NCBI GenBank assembly: GCA_013239625.1
Contig: MU053487.1
Location: 825,058 to 889,057 of the forward strand
Source: Lama guanicoe
Lineage: Eukaryota
Reading direction: 5' to 3'
DNA length: 64,000 bases
A program made the position numbers and the translations under genes. Below, piece after piece: positions 1 through 9,979 of the stretch. How positions within the stretch are numbered: position 1 is the stretch's first letter; each line of letters begins with the position of its first letter. The notes under the pieces are model-generated. The model was not told where the DNA came from. It saw only the letters and a list, made by a program, of their open reading frames with translations, and made no database searches.

Positions 1-334
1 TCTTGTTTTTTTTAACAATTCCCCCTTTTGATTGGACTCTCAGCCTAACTTGCCAGTTTTTCCAGGATTCAATCTGCAGGCTCTGGAGTGAGTAGTGTCT
101 CCCAGCGGGTCCCATCCTGGTCATCAGAAACTAGAGGAGGAAAAATAACTTCTCCTCTACCCTTTATGGGGAGTGCTTTGCTGAGACCCCTTTTTTCTCT
201 AGGATACCTCATAAATGAATCAGCTTATCTAGGTTAAATTTTTTCCACTGTAGCTGCTGTAATTCAAGATTATCTTTGGTGAGTTTAACCTGCTTGTTCA
301 GCCTTAAAACAAATTTTATTCACCTGAGGCATCA

Positions 335-515
335 CCCTAGACCCAGTCTAGCTTAAGTTGACCCCAGTGCAACCCCATACCTGGTCCAGTTTCCAAGTTG
401 GACTCATTCTGATCTTGGAACTGGTCCAGGTTTTAAGTTGGACCCAATCTGACCCCAGACCCAGTCTGGTTTTTAAGCTGTACCCAGTCTGACCCTGACT
501 GGTTTCCAGACCCAG
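335..515. repeat. Degenerate 40-bp tandem repeat (~4.5 copies) inside the provirus internal region
   Basis: The anchor aagttg/aagctg recurs at 355, 395, 435 and 475, with similar gaccc..tctgaccc..gacccagtc motifs between. Confidence 0.8.
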
Positions 516-701
516 TCCACAAAAAGAAATGCTCAAATAAATTCTGAAAGCTCATAATGCAAAGGCCACGGAGCGAGGGTCTGAGAGGGACTGACCCATG
601 GCCTCCAGAGGGAATGAGAAGGCAGAGAGCTCAGGGAAATCAGCAGGTACCTGTGCCTGGTTTCTTGTGACTCTCCTGGGGCCACTGGGGATTTCCTTCA
701 A

Positions 702-719
702 TTCCCTCTTCTGACGCCA
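702..719 (-). other. Primer binding site, tRNA-Leu type
   Basis: TGGCGTCAGAAGAGGGAA versus the tRNA-Leu(CAA)-complementary TGGTGTCAGAAGTGGGAT (15/18); lies 4 nt from the LTR end. Confidence 0.75.
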
Positions 720-723
720 GGAC

Positions 724-1110
724 TGTTAAGAGATATTGAGGCATATTAAATATTTTAAGAGTTTATTTGAGCAAAAATAGACTTGGATTGGGCAGTATCC
801 AACCTAGCATATAGAAAGGAGCTCCAAGGAACTGTACAAAATGAAAGACTTCTGTAGCCAGAAGGGAGCAGGAACAAGGAAGTTGAACTAGAAAAGTGGG
901 TTGGTTATTGCAGTGTTACCTTCCTATAGGGGATGGCAGGGGTCCATCAGGCAGATTGCCCAACTAGTGCTGATCAGGCAACTCCTGACTGGCTCTTCAA
1001 GATCCCATTGCGGGGAGAGCTGATGCTGTAAGTAAGTTAAATCTCAGTTTGGTGATGTGGAGCTTAGCATAATTAACTCCATTTGGTGTGTGTTATCTTG
1101 TTTTGTAACA
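724..1110 (-). mobile_element. 5' LTR (387 bp) of the mini-provirus
   Basis: TGTTA...TAACA inverted termini; minus-strand AATAAA (plus-strand tttatt 762-767) near its 3' end; immediately followed by the PBS. Confidence 0.85.
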
Positions 1111-1189
1111 TCATGACCCACTCACCTTTGGTTGGCTCTGCCGGGATGCTTTTGTTTCACAGCCATGGGCACTGGTCACCCATTCTGTT

Positions 1190-1491
1190 TTGTTTCTACT
1201 CAAATACCACCTCCTCAGAGAGCTTATCTTTGAGCATTTAAAATAAAATAGTGCTCCTATTCCCTGTCTTCCTGACTCTGCCTCCCTCAACCTATTTTAT
1301 TTTCCTTCATAATACTCATCACTGTCTGATATTACATGCTTATTTATTTATCTGTTTCCTCTGACCTCTATGTAAGCTTCCTGAGGAAGGGTTTCTTTTT
1401 CTTTTTTTCATGCTGTGTGTCCAGTGCCTAGAACAGTGTCTGTCACGTAGAAGTGGTTCAATAAGTATTTGTTAAGTAAACAAGTGAATGA
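1190..1491 (+). mobile_element. L2 (LINE-2) 3' end
   Basis: Typical L2 tail: tgtaagcttcctgagg...cagtgcctagaacagtgtctgtcacgtag...caataagtatttgttaagtaaacaagtgaatga. Confidence 0.8.
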
Positions 1492-2479
1492 GTGCTCTAG
1501 AAAGCTTTCTACAACATTCTTGTAAATTCTCTCTAGCGTTTGTGCAATTATTTATTTTGATGCTCTAGGAGGAGTTGCAAGGAAATGTACCATAACCGAC
1601 AGTTTGAAAGTTGAGTTTGTCCATCACCTCTCTCTTGTCATCCATTGGAAGCTTCTTATTCTGGGGAAGGAGCTGGTTAGGGCAGAGGGACCACAAACCC
1701 AGGAAACGTGTGGAGTGCTGGCTTCTTTCTCTCTTTTTGTAAATATCCTGAGGGTTACTTTATAAAGTCATTCTCTGGGAAGGGGAAAGTGCCTCCTGCA
1801 GGCAACTGAACCCCAACAGTTTCCTGATGACCTTCTGGGCCGACTTGCACTTTTTACAGCATCACAGAGGAGAATCTCCTAGTTATGATGCTACTTTGCA
1901 AAACTAGAAATAAAATTTGAAACCAAACTATTTTACAAGTTTACCCTCTTGACTCATGTATTTAGTCAGATTCTTCACTGCTTCCTTAGTTTGCCTCTGT
2001 AGCATAGTTCAGTCACAGTATTTGCTTCAATGTTACAACATATTTCTACTTAAAACTTGTTTCTGTAAGGCGATGAATAGGGGAGAGGTGGTCTTAAAAA
2101 TAAAATATCTGAAAAATACCCTGAAAAGTATAATGGTTGCAAACCTATATAAGATGCTGTATTTTCAACAAAGTCAGGGATGCTATGCAACCCTGAGTCC
2201 TTGTCCCATGCAGTGTGGCATATCAGACCCTCTCACCTGGTTTTGTCTCTAGCGGCCAGGATGTGGACTGTCTACAGCTGTGTATTCCAGGGGGCTCTTA
2301 AGGCCCTGAGTTATGTCTGCATGGGCTTGGTCCACACCAGTCAGGCACTCCTGCCAGTATCTGACAGCAAAGCAAGTGCTTTCAGAAAAATTGCCTTTCC
2401 CCCACCTTTTGATCTTCCTTTCCATTATTGCATGCAAAAAAAAATGTCCTCTTATTTTGGCATATTTCCCTTTCTGGTG

Positions 2480-2905
2480 CCTCCCATCTGTGTGGTGTCT
2501 CTGGGTGGAGGGGGGATAGTCCAGGCCCAGAGGGGAAGGAGACAGTGTCCTCCGCTCTTTAGTAACAGTGGGCATCTGATTGACCCCACTTGCTGGGCTC
2601 ACCTGGTGTTGCAGTGGACTCCTGTTCAGTCAGGGGGAGAAATGAACCTACCTGGGCTGCCTTCTCATGCTAGCTGGGCAGCAGGAAACACCTGGCTGGT
2701 ATCATCTCCTTCTGTAAGTTGGGAGGTCGTCTGATCCCTTGCCACTGTGTTGTCCTCCAGTCCTGGGGCCTCAAAGCAGATCACCTTCCTCTTCCACCTT
2801 CTAGAGGTCCCCTTAGGTTGTCTCTTGGATTATTTACGGTTATTATACTTGGTGGGGAGGAATGGGTAAGGTAAGACTATGCTATCTCATTCAGGCCAGA
2901 AGTTG
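2480..2905 (-). mobile_element. Old L1M 5'-end fragment
   Basis: Ends in ggggaggaatggg...ctatgctatctcattcaggccagaagt, resembling the reverse of ancient L1M 5' termini. Confidence 0.5.
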
Positions 2906-2940
2906 ACAAATTCTGCTTTTAAAAATAATTCTTAGTCTGT

Positions 2941-3305
2941 TACCATATAATCCAGCAATCCCACTCTTGGGCATATAACCAGAGGGAGCTCTAATTTGAA
3001 AAGATACATGCACCCCAGTGTTCACAGCAGCACTGTTCACAATAGCCGGGCATGGAAACAACCTAAATGTTCATCAACAGATGACTGGATAAAGAAGTTG
3101 TGGTGTATTTATACAATGGAATACTACTCAGCCACAAAAAGGAATACAATAATGCCATTTACAGCAACACGGATGGACTTGGAGATTGTCATTCTAAATG
3201 GAGTAAGCCAGAAAGAGAAGGAAAAAAAATACCACAAGATGTCACTCGTATATGGAATCTAAAAATGACACAAATGAACTTATTTACAAAACAGAAACAG
3301 ACTCA
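2941..3305 (+). mobile_element. Young LINE-1 fragment: ORF2 C-terminus and start of 3' UTR
   Basis: ORF 2996-3262 encodes WKQPKCSSTDDWIKKLWCIYTMEYYSA...DLE..IL..VSQKEKEK.YH..SL..GI*, the canonical end of L1 ORF2p. Confidence 0.95.
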
Positions 3306-3309
3306 AGGC

Positions 3310-4010
3310 TATTGTACAAAACAGTTTCCTGTTGCTTTTTAGTCTGGTAGCACAGGGAACTTAAAGTGGCCATGTCTGGTTCCAATTTAGTGGGGAAGAA
3401 AAAAGCAAAACTCTGTATCTTCTGGAGGAAATAATTCGTCCTGAGATCCAGGACTTCTAGAGTCTACCATCTAGAGTCTCAGAGGTCAAGAGTAAAATTT
3501 TTGCAAAGGATTTGAAAGGCTTCACCCATGCATCTCATCCTTAGATCCTGGACTTTTATATTCTGGTTATAAGAAAGAACAATTTATACTTATCCTGAGT
3601 TTAGAATATATAGTAGGCTCTGTAAGAATGACTTGTGTAGGCCGAAGATTTATCTTTCTTGTAACAGTTGTTGGGTCTTCAGTAAAACATTCCATGGTTC
3701 TCTAAGGCCAGTTACTTCTGGGTAATGAGGTAATGGTAAGCCTGGTAGATTCTGTTGGTATGAGTCATTACCTGCCTTCTTTTACTCTGAAATGAGTTCC
3801 TTTGTCAGTAATGTTTGAGAAACCGTGATTGGGCACCAGGGATGTACTAGAATAAGCATGATGTCAGGGAAAGAAAACTTTAAGCTAGAAATATTTTTAT
3901 CCCGTTGAGTCTAGTTGCTGCCCAGTACACGATGACAAGAGTAATATATAATTGACCTGCCACAGGCATCTGGCTGGTCCCAGGATATATCATATCAGGA
4001 ATTCACGGTG
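3310..4010 (-). mobile_element. ERVL internal relic (pol integrase through dUTPase region)
   Basis: Minus-strand translations WQVNYI (3945-3962), DKGTHFRVKE (3777-3806) and EPWNVLLK (3677-3700) match the ERVL integrase motifs WQVDYI, DQGTHFTAKE and ERWNGLLK, in order. Confidence 0.85.
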
Positions 4011-4409
4011 GGTGATGTGTTTCTGTTTTTACCCTACTGACTTAGGTTTAGATTTTTAAATTTTGTTTCTTTTCACCTCTTACCATAATTTAAGGCAACT
4101 TTAAATATATCTTTTTTAAGCATTATTTTAAATTGTCTTAAAATAATTATGAAGTGGTTTTGATGAATTTGGCTCGGCCATTTGTCTGTTGTTGCTTTTT
4201 TAAACTCAAGAATTCTGTGATCAGTGTCTTTATACATAAATCTTGTCCTGTGCTTTAACTCTCTTGACTATAGAACCTATCAGAACTTTGGAGAGTCTTC
4301 CTGGGCTCAGATCCTGGTGTGCAGGGTTGAGCAGGTTGCACATCAGCTGATGCCAATGCTTCCTCCTGGTGGAGTGCAGTGAACAACCTGCATATCCATA
4401 CATGGCAGC

Positions 4410-4625
4410 CCTGAACCCTGGCTCTGCCACATACTTACTGTGTGAACTTCTGCAATTTTTTTTTTCAGCTCTGTTGTCTCAATTTCTGCATCTATAAAGT
4501 AGAGAAAATAATGCTCACCTCCTATGGTTTTGGTGATAATTAAATGAGTTAATATACGTAAAACCCTTAGAGCAGGCCTAGGACATAGCAGTTGCTATGT
4601 ATGTTTGCTATTATTATTTATTATT
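4410..4625 (+). mobile_element. MIR SINE
   Basis: Core cctggctctgccac...tgtgtgaac...tctcaatttctgcatctataaa; tail aaatgagttaatatacgtaaaacccttagagcag. Confidence 0.9.
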
Positions 4626-5612
4626 ATAGTACTATTATTGTCAATGGGTATGAACATTTTAAGATGTTAGTTGCAAACTGCCAAGTGGAAGGTTATCTTA
4701 AAATGACTGAAGACCTGTTATAATCTTCTAAATCTGAAAGCCTGGCAACTCTGATGCCATTATTTGGATTCAAGACTCTTTAAGACCTGTAAAGTGTACC
4801 TGCTCTCGGTGCCCTATTCAGATAAGGCTGAAATATGAAGCCACATTTTCCAGAGATGAGATGAGGCACAGAAATGGAAGTTTAGTTGGCTCTATAGGGG
4901 AATGGGAGCCCAAGAGGAAGAGTGTGATTACAGAATCATGGTTATTGAGAAGGGGAAACCAGTGAAGAAGGCAGGTGGTGAGGAGTTTGTTGGAAGAGAA
5001 ACCCTCCCTCTGTGGGGAGGAGAGATGACTGCAAGCCCTCCATGAGCAAGTGGGACAGAGTCTGGGTCCCCCTAGAGGGGATCTCAGGAGCCGTCTGTCA
5101 TAGTCTGTTCTGAATCTGGGTGTCCAGCTTGCCTTTGGCTTCATAAGGCACTATGGTCCAGTTAAGAGACACAGGCCTACATCTCTTCTCCCTCTCTGAA
5201 AATTTTCCTCTGGAATAATGATCACTCAGTGCCAACCATTTTCAAAGGAATGCTTTCAGAAAGATGCAAAGTGCCGAAGAATGCTTGCCCAAACCCATCT
5301 GGTTTCAAAATCTCCTCTTCTCTGATGTGTCTACTTCCATTAAAACAAAGCATGAAGATGCCTGTGCCTGGGAAGAGGGGCAGAAAAGCACAATTGTAGG
5401 CAGTTTCAGAGATATCTCCGTGAAGAATAAGCAAACTGAAAACTGAGCTGGCTTCTCACGGCAGTGAGTGGGCTTGTGGAAGACTTCCTGATCTCTGACC
5501 TCACATTTTTGCCTCTCCATTTACCTTCTTTCCTGGGAGGAGAAGCTAGTTAGACTGGGGGCTAGGATATTCTTTGGGACCACATTTAACCAACAAGCAG
5601 GGCTACCGTGCT

Positions 5613-6042
5613 GTCTTAGTTTGAAGGAAGCAGACCCCAAGACACCTTTATTTGAAAGGTGTGAAAGGAAATAAGGATGAAGGTGGAGAGTTGGGACAGG
5701 GAAGGGAAATCAGCTAATAAATGGTGTGTTAAACCGGTTACCACTGTGGGCAACTGGCGCTTTATCCCATTGGAACACTCTGGGAAAGAAGAGAACCCAG
5801 GACTCAAGCATATCTCACTCTGTGGTGAGGGAGCTGGAGTATTTACACACCAGCTTCCACCAATCGCTAGTTGAAGGCTGCTCTGGGAAATATTAATTCC
5901 CTGGCATTTCCAAGACTTCTGGGAGCTTTGGAAAAAGCCCTTATGCAAAGAGATGCAGGTACTAGGAGTTGGGAGTCTGCCTCACACACAAAAATGGGAA
6001 GATCTGAGGATTATCGATGGGGCACTTACAGTGTCTGTTACA
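5613..6042 (-). mobile_element. LTR16-family ERVL solo LTR
   Basis: tgtcttag...gaagcagacc...gggaagggaa...ggttaccactgtgggcaactgg...gagctggagtattta...gtgtctgttaca. Confidence 0.8.
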
Positions 6043-7769
6043 TGTAGCTTAAAGATCAACATCTAACTCAGATCATCCTTGGGTCCTTTTTCCTATGGCA
6101 AATCTGGCAGATCATTCTGGCTACTGTGGGTAATGCTGATTAAAAGAGTAGTTATTCACATTAAAACAGGAAAATTGTTAGGTTAAGCAATATTTATGGA
6201 AAACTTACCTTTTGTTTGTGAGCACACATCTGGATTATGTTGTATGATACTTCAGAACATAGTGGATGTACTTGTTGAGAAGTAAAACACATGTTGGGAA
6301 ACAAGACATTTGGAGTCACAAACATGTTTCCGTAGAAAAGACTGCAGAATTTTGATACTTGTGTAAGTATGATAGGTTTCAGTAGAGAAGGTGTCTGAGA
6401 TTCTATTGAGAAGGGTTGAGTTGGGGTGAAAAAGAACACATTGATCTTGTGAGCTTCAGAACAGCTTGGGAAGAGTGCAGGCTCTAGCTCCTTCCAGTTC
6501 TCGGGGCACAGCAACGGCGCACCTGCCGAGTCTGCGGGGAGCCCTGCTGTGTTTCAGTTCCTTCCGGCCAGGTCACCTGTGTGGGGGAGACTCTGTGCCG
6601 AAGAATGTGGACTCCATCTTCTGGTGGATTTTTGTGGGTTGGTTTGGATTGCTCTTCTCCCTGAGCTTAATGAAGTATAAACAGGAATCATTCTTTCCCC
6701 ATAATGATTTTTGTGAAAATTTCCTTCCCTACTTCTACTTCCCTACTACTGCAGGAAGGTTCCGTTGCTTTTCTAGTCATTTTGAAGTATTGGGAAGGTT
6801 TTATTTTCAAGAATAAAATATCTAACCTAATCTAACATCAAAACTTCAGACTCTCCAGTTCAAAACTCCTTTCTTCCAAAGTCAGACTTAACTTGTAGCT
6901 TGAGCATTGGCAGGAGAGAGGGGGAGGTTGCGATCCATCCTTTCTGTTTCCTTGTCCCACCTCCTTCCCAACTAACTGCAGAATTTGGCTTCTTCAGAGC
7001 CAGAGAATATGAAGTGGAGGATTTACAGAAGATTGAGGCAATGGTTTTTGTTTGCTGTTTTCTTTTAAACTGACACTGATTTCATCTGTCTTGTGATGTC
7101 AGAAGCCCTCTGTTAAGGCAGGCATCCAACTGGTGGTTCTTTGGTGCATTCTCAGAGACCTCCAGCTGTGCCCGAGGACCACTGTGCCTCACTATTTTCT
7201 GGGCAATGCACATGCTGTCTGCTGACTTCTTACAGCTCCTCCCCTATCCAGCGGGCCAAGGCACATCACTGGGAATGCTTTGCGCCTGTGGGCAGTCCTC
7301 TTAGATAGGGGCCTTGCAAGCTAGCTTAAGCATGGGCTAAACTTAACAGGGTCCAAAGGGAAACTTGGTTTCCTTGATCCACCAAATTCTCAAAGTGAAG
7401 TTCATTTCTATTCTGCTCTGAGGTGATGCTCCAGCTAGTCCCTCGCCTTCATATCTCTCCAGGTTCTAGGAAACTCATGTCAGTTTCTCTCAACCACTAT
7501 CTCACATTCGGATCTCATCATAAGTTTCTTGGGCTCTATATATACCATCAGCCAGGGAGGAAGTTTCTACTTGTTTCTCCTATCAGATAATGCCAATCTC
7601 TAAAAATGAGTTTTGGGGACACCCTCACTTGTTTAAGGGGTAATAGAAGGGATAAAAATGCTCTCTAATTAACCCATCTTATTTTATGTAGGCTGGGTGT
7701 CAAAGATGGGCTGAATGATTTTGGTCACTAGTGGTCCAAACTGCACGGATGTGTCAGGCTCTGACTCAG

Positions 7770-7930
7770 CCACCGTAGGCTAAGTGCTACAACAACAACC
7801 GCGAATTCCAATGGCTTCAAACAAAGGAGTCTTACTTCTTCGTCATGTTATTGACCAAAGTGGGTTGATGGTTGTGAGGGGAGCTCTGCTCTGTGCTGTT
7901 ACTCGTTGCTCAGTATCCAGGCTTTTTCTA
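7770..7930 (-). mobile_element. MLT1 (MaLR) LTR fragment; appears to resume at ~9000-9190
   Basis: ggctaagtgctacaacaac...aatggcttcaaacaa...ttacttctt...gggagctctgctc, typical of minus-strand MLT1J/K. Confidence 0.55.
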
Positions 7931-7934
7931 GCAT

Positions 7935-8410
7935 CTTAGCTGTTTTCTTTGTGGAGAGTCTTATTTTGTGCCATGGCTTCCTTTGATACCTGGTGGAACT
8001 TAGGGACCCTTTCTCAGAACAGTGTTTTTAAGTGAATAGAATATCATATCAAAATATTAATAAAATGCATTGAAAGTAATAGATGTGCTTCTTTATCACA
8101 CATTAATAAGATTGAGGTGGCAGGTCTAATGACTACTTCTAACTCTGAAGTAGTCTTGAACAAAACAGTATTTTGAGATATGTCTAACAACTGTAATATA
8201 CTAGGAAACATCTGTGACTTCTATTGCGGACAGTGTCACTGGTACTGCTAATCCTATGTAGCTTTTGTCTCATTAATAAATTGAAGGAAATGGTAACATC
8301 AGTTATAAGTTAGTTCACATAACAATGTATTTTTTTCTCATAAAACTTCATGGATTTCCTGAAATGAATCCCTTGAAGATCTGTAGACTGTGATTTAAAA
8401 ATCTGCATAG
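7935..8410 (+). mobile_element. MER119-like hAT-Charlie DNA transposon relic
   Basis: gaccctttctcagaacagtgtttttaa...tgtgcttctttat...aacaactgtaata...gtcactggtactgctaat...ttgaaggaaatg match the recalled MER119 consensus. Confidence 0.8.
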
Positions 8411-8473
8411 AGCCTCTGTAAGAAGTTTTATGGAATCCTTTACAAGATTTGACCAGTATTATAAGAAAAGACA

Positions 8474-8999
8474 TGGTAGAGTTGGTAGATGGCAAAATTA
8501 ACCATAGTTCTCTACCCTTCCCTGTGTCCACACTCTTGGCAATTTGGCTTTGTAGCTTTTCCCATCAAAAGATGAAGTCTAGATTACTGCCCTCTCACCC
8601 CGGGCTGCCTGTGTGGCTTTCTTTGGCCAACAGAATGTGATAGAAATGACATTGCCCCAGTTCTGATCCTGGGCCTCAGGAAACTGCACACTTCTGCTGT
8701 TTTTTCTTGGAATCCTGTCACTCCCATATGAACAATCTGGATCTGTCGGCTGGATAATGAGAGACATGTGGTCAGCTGCCCTGTCACTTCAGCCAACTGC
8801 CAGCCAAATACCAGAAGCAGAGAGGCCAGCTGACCTGCATCACTCTGCAAACATATAAGGGAGCTGCAGTGAGACCAGAAGTACCTCCCAATGTAGTCCA
8901 GCCTAAGTTACTGACCTGCCAGATTGTGTTCTAAATAAATGATTGTTTTAAACCATTAAGTTTGAGGTGAGTTGTTTCATAGAAATAACTACTGATGCA
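8474..8999 (+). mobile_element. MLT1G/H-like MaLR solo LTR
   Basis: tttggccaacagaatgtgatagaaatgaca...ccagttctg; 3' end aaccattaagtttgaggtgagttgtttcatagaaata. Confidence 0.85.
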
Positions 9000-9689
9000 A
9001 ATAAGATGGCCCCACTTTTAACTGACTTGGCGAGGTGGTGAGATGGTTCCTTCCACTTACATTCCATTGTTGAAATCTATTTATAGGCCCCTAACCACAT
9101 ACAAGAGATACTATAAAATGTAGCCTGGTAGTACATCCAGGAGAGGGGGATGTAGATGTTGGTGGGTCTCTGTCCTGAACGCTTACCATGTCTCTTTGCT
9201 TTAGAACCTCAGCTGAAACTCCTGCACAGACAGTAGTACTATATATAGTCCTGCTATGCCTTGTGATAAAGACTGTCTCTACCTGATGCTCTGGTGACTC
9301 TCTTTGCTCCCATCTGCATCCAAAGAGGATAAGATGCTGGTTGAGTGGACTCAGAGCCTGGTCATACTTATTTGAGGGAGAGGAAGGAGAAAGCATGAAG
9401 GCTGAGCCATAGTATTCAACTGCATTTTTAAAGCACTTCTACTTTCTAATGTATAGTTCCTTTGGGACCCCTTAGGGAGGCACTTTCATGGCAGGATTTA
9501 TGCATTCTTACGTTGTTGTGTTATGATCGATTCCATCACAGCAGCATCCGTATCTTTGTTCATTATTCTTAGGATACTGTATCCAGTCTAGTGTGTATAG
9601 GATCCAGTAACATGATTTATGCTGCATGAATTTGGGTGATGCTTCAAGAGCCCTAATACCACACAGAAACTCTGGAGGGTGCTGGAGGG

Positions 9690-9900
9690 ATTTCAGTGTA
9701 TCAGAGAGACCCAGGTCTCAACCTCTTCTTTCCAACTTACTAACTTTGTGATCTTGAGAAAGTTCATTAAATGCAGGAACTGTTTCCTTTTTGCAAAACA
9801 TAGACAGTCATAGCAAACATCCATATTTCTTTGTGAGCATTATGTGAAAGAAAGTGTGAACGTACTTGACGCTAGTAGCTGCTCTGCAAATACTAACTGA
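9690..9900 (+). mobile_element. MIR SINE
   Basis: acttactaactttgtgatcttgagaaagttc core with an aagtgtgaacgtacttg tail. Confidence 0.65.
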
Positions 9901-9979
9901 ATCTAAAGGATAAGCAGACTAGGTTTTAAAATCAGAAATACAACTCAGAAAGTTGAGTCAATCTAGCACATTGTAGTCA

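Larger units (their letters stand above)
1..1110 (-). mobile_element. Internally deleted (non-autonomous) ERV1/MER4-group-like provirus; 3' LTR runs off the left edge of the window
   Basis: The same LTR terminus occurs twice (tcttgttttttttaaca 1-17; tcttgttttgtaaca 1096-1110). On the minus strand a PPT (caaaagggggaat, 18-30) abuts one LTR and a PBS (tggcgtcagaagagggaa, 702-719) follows the other. Confidence 0.85.

Noticed and set aside
2180..2734. Longest ORF (184 aa) as a gene
   Set aside because: No recognisable domain, it overlaps an old L1 relic, and its composition is typical of a chance ORF.
2996..3262. ORF with real protein similarity
   Set aside because: It is the L1 ORF2 C-terminus in a truncated retrotransposon copy, not a host gene. 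The same applies to 53399-53773.
5222..5520. Overlapping ORFs in unique sequence as a possible exon
   Set aside because: No recognisable protein similarity or convincing pair of splice sites.
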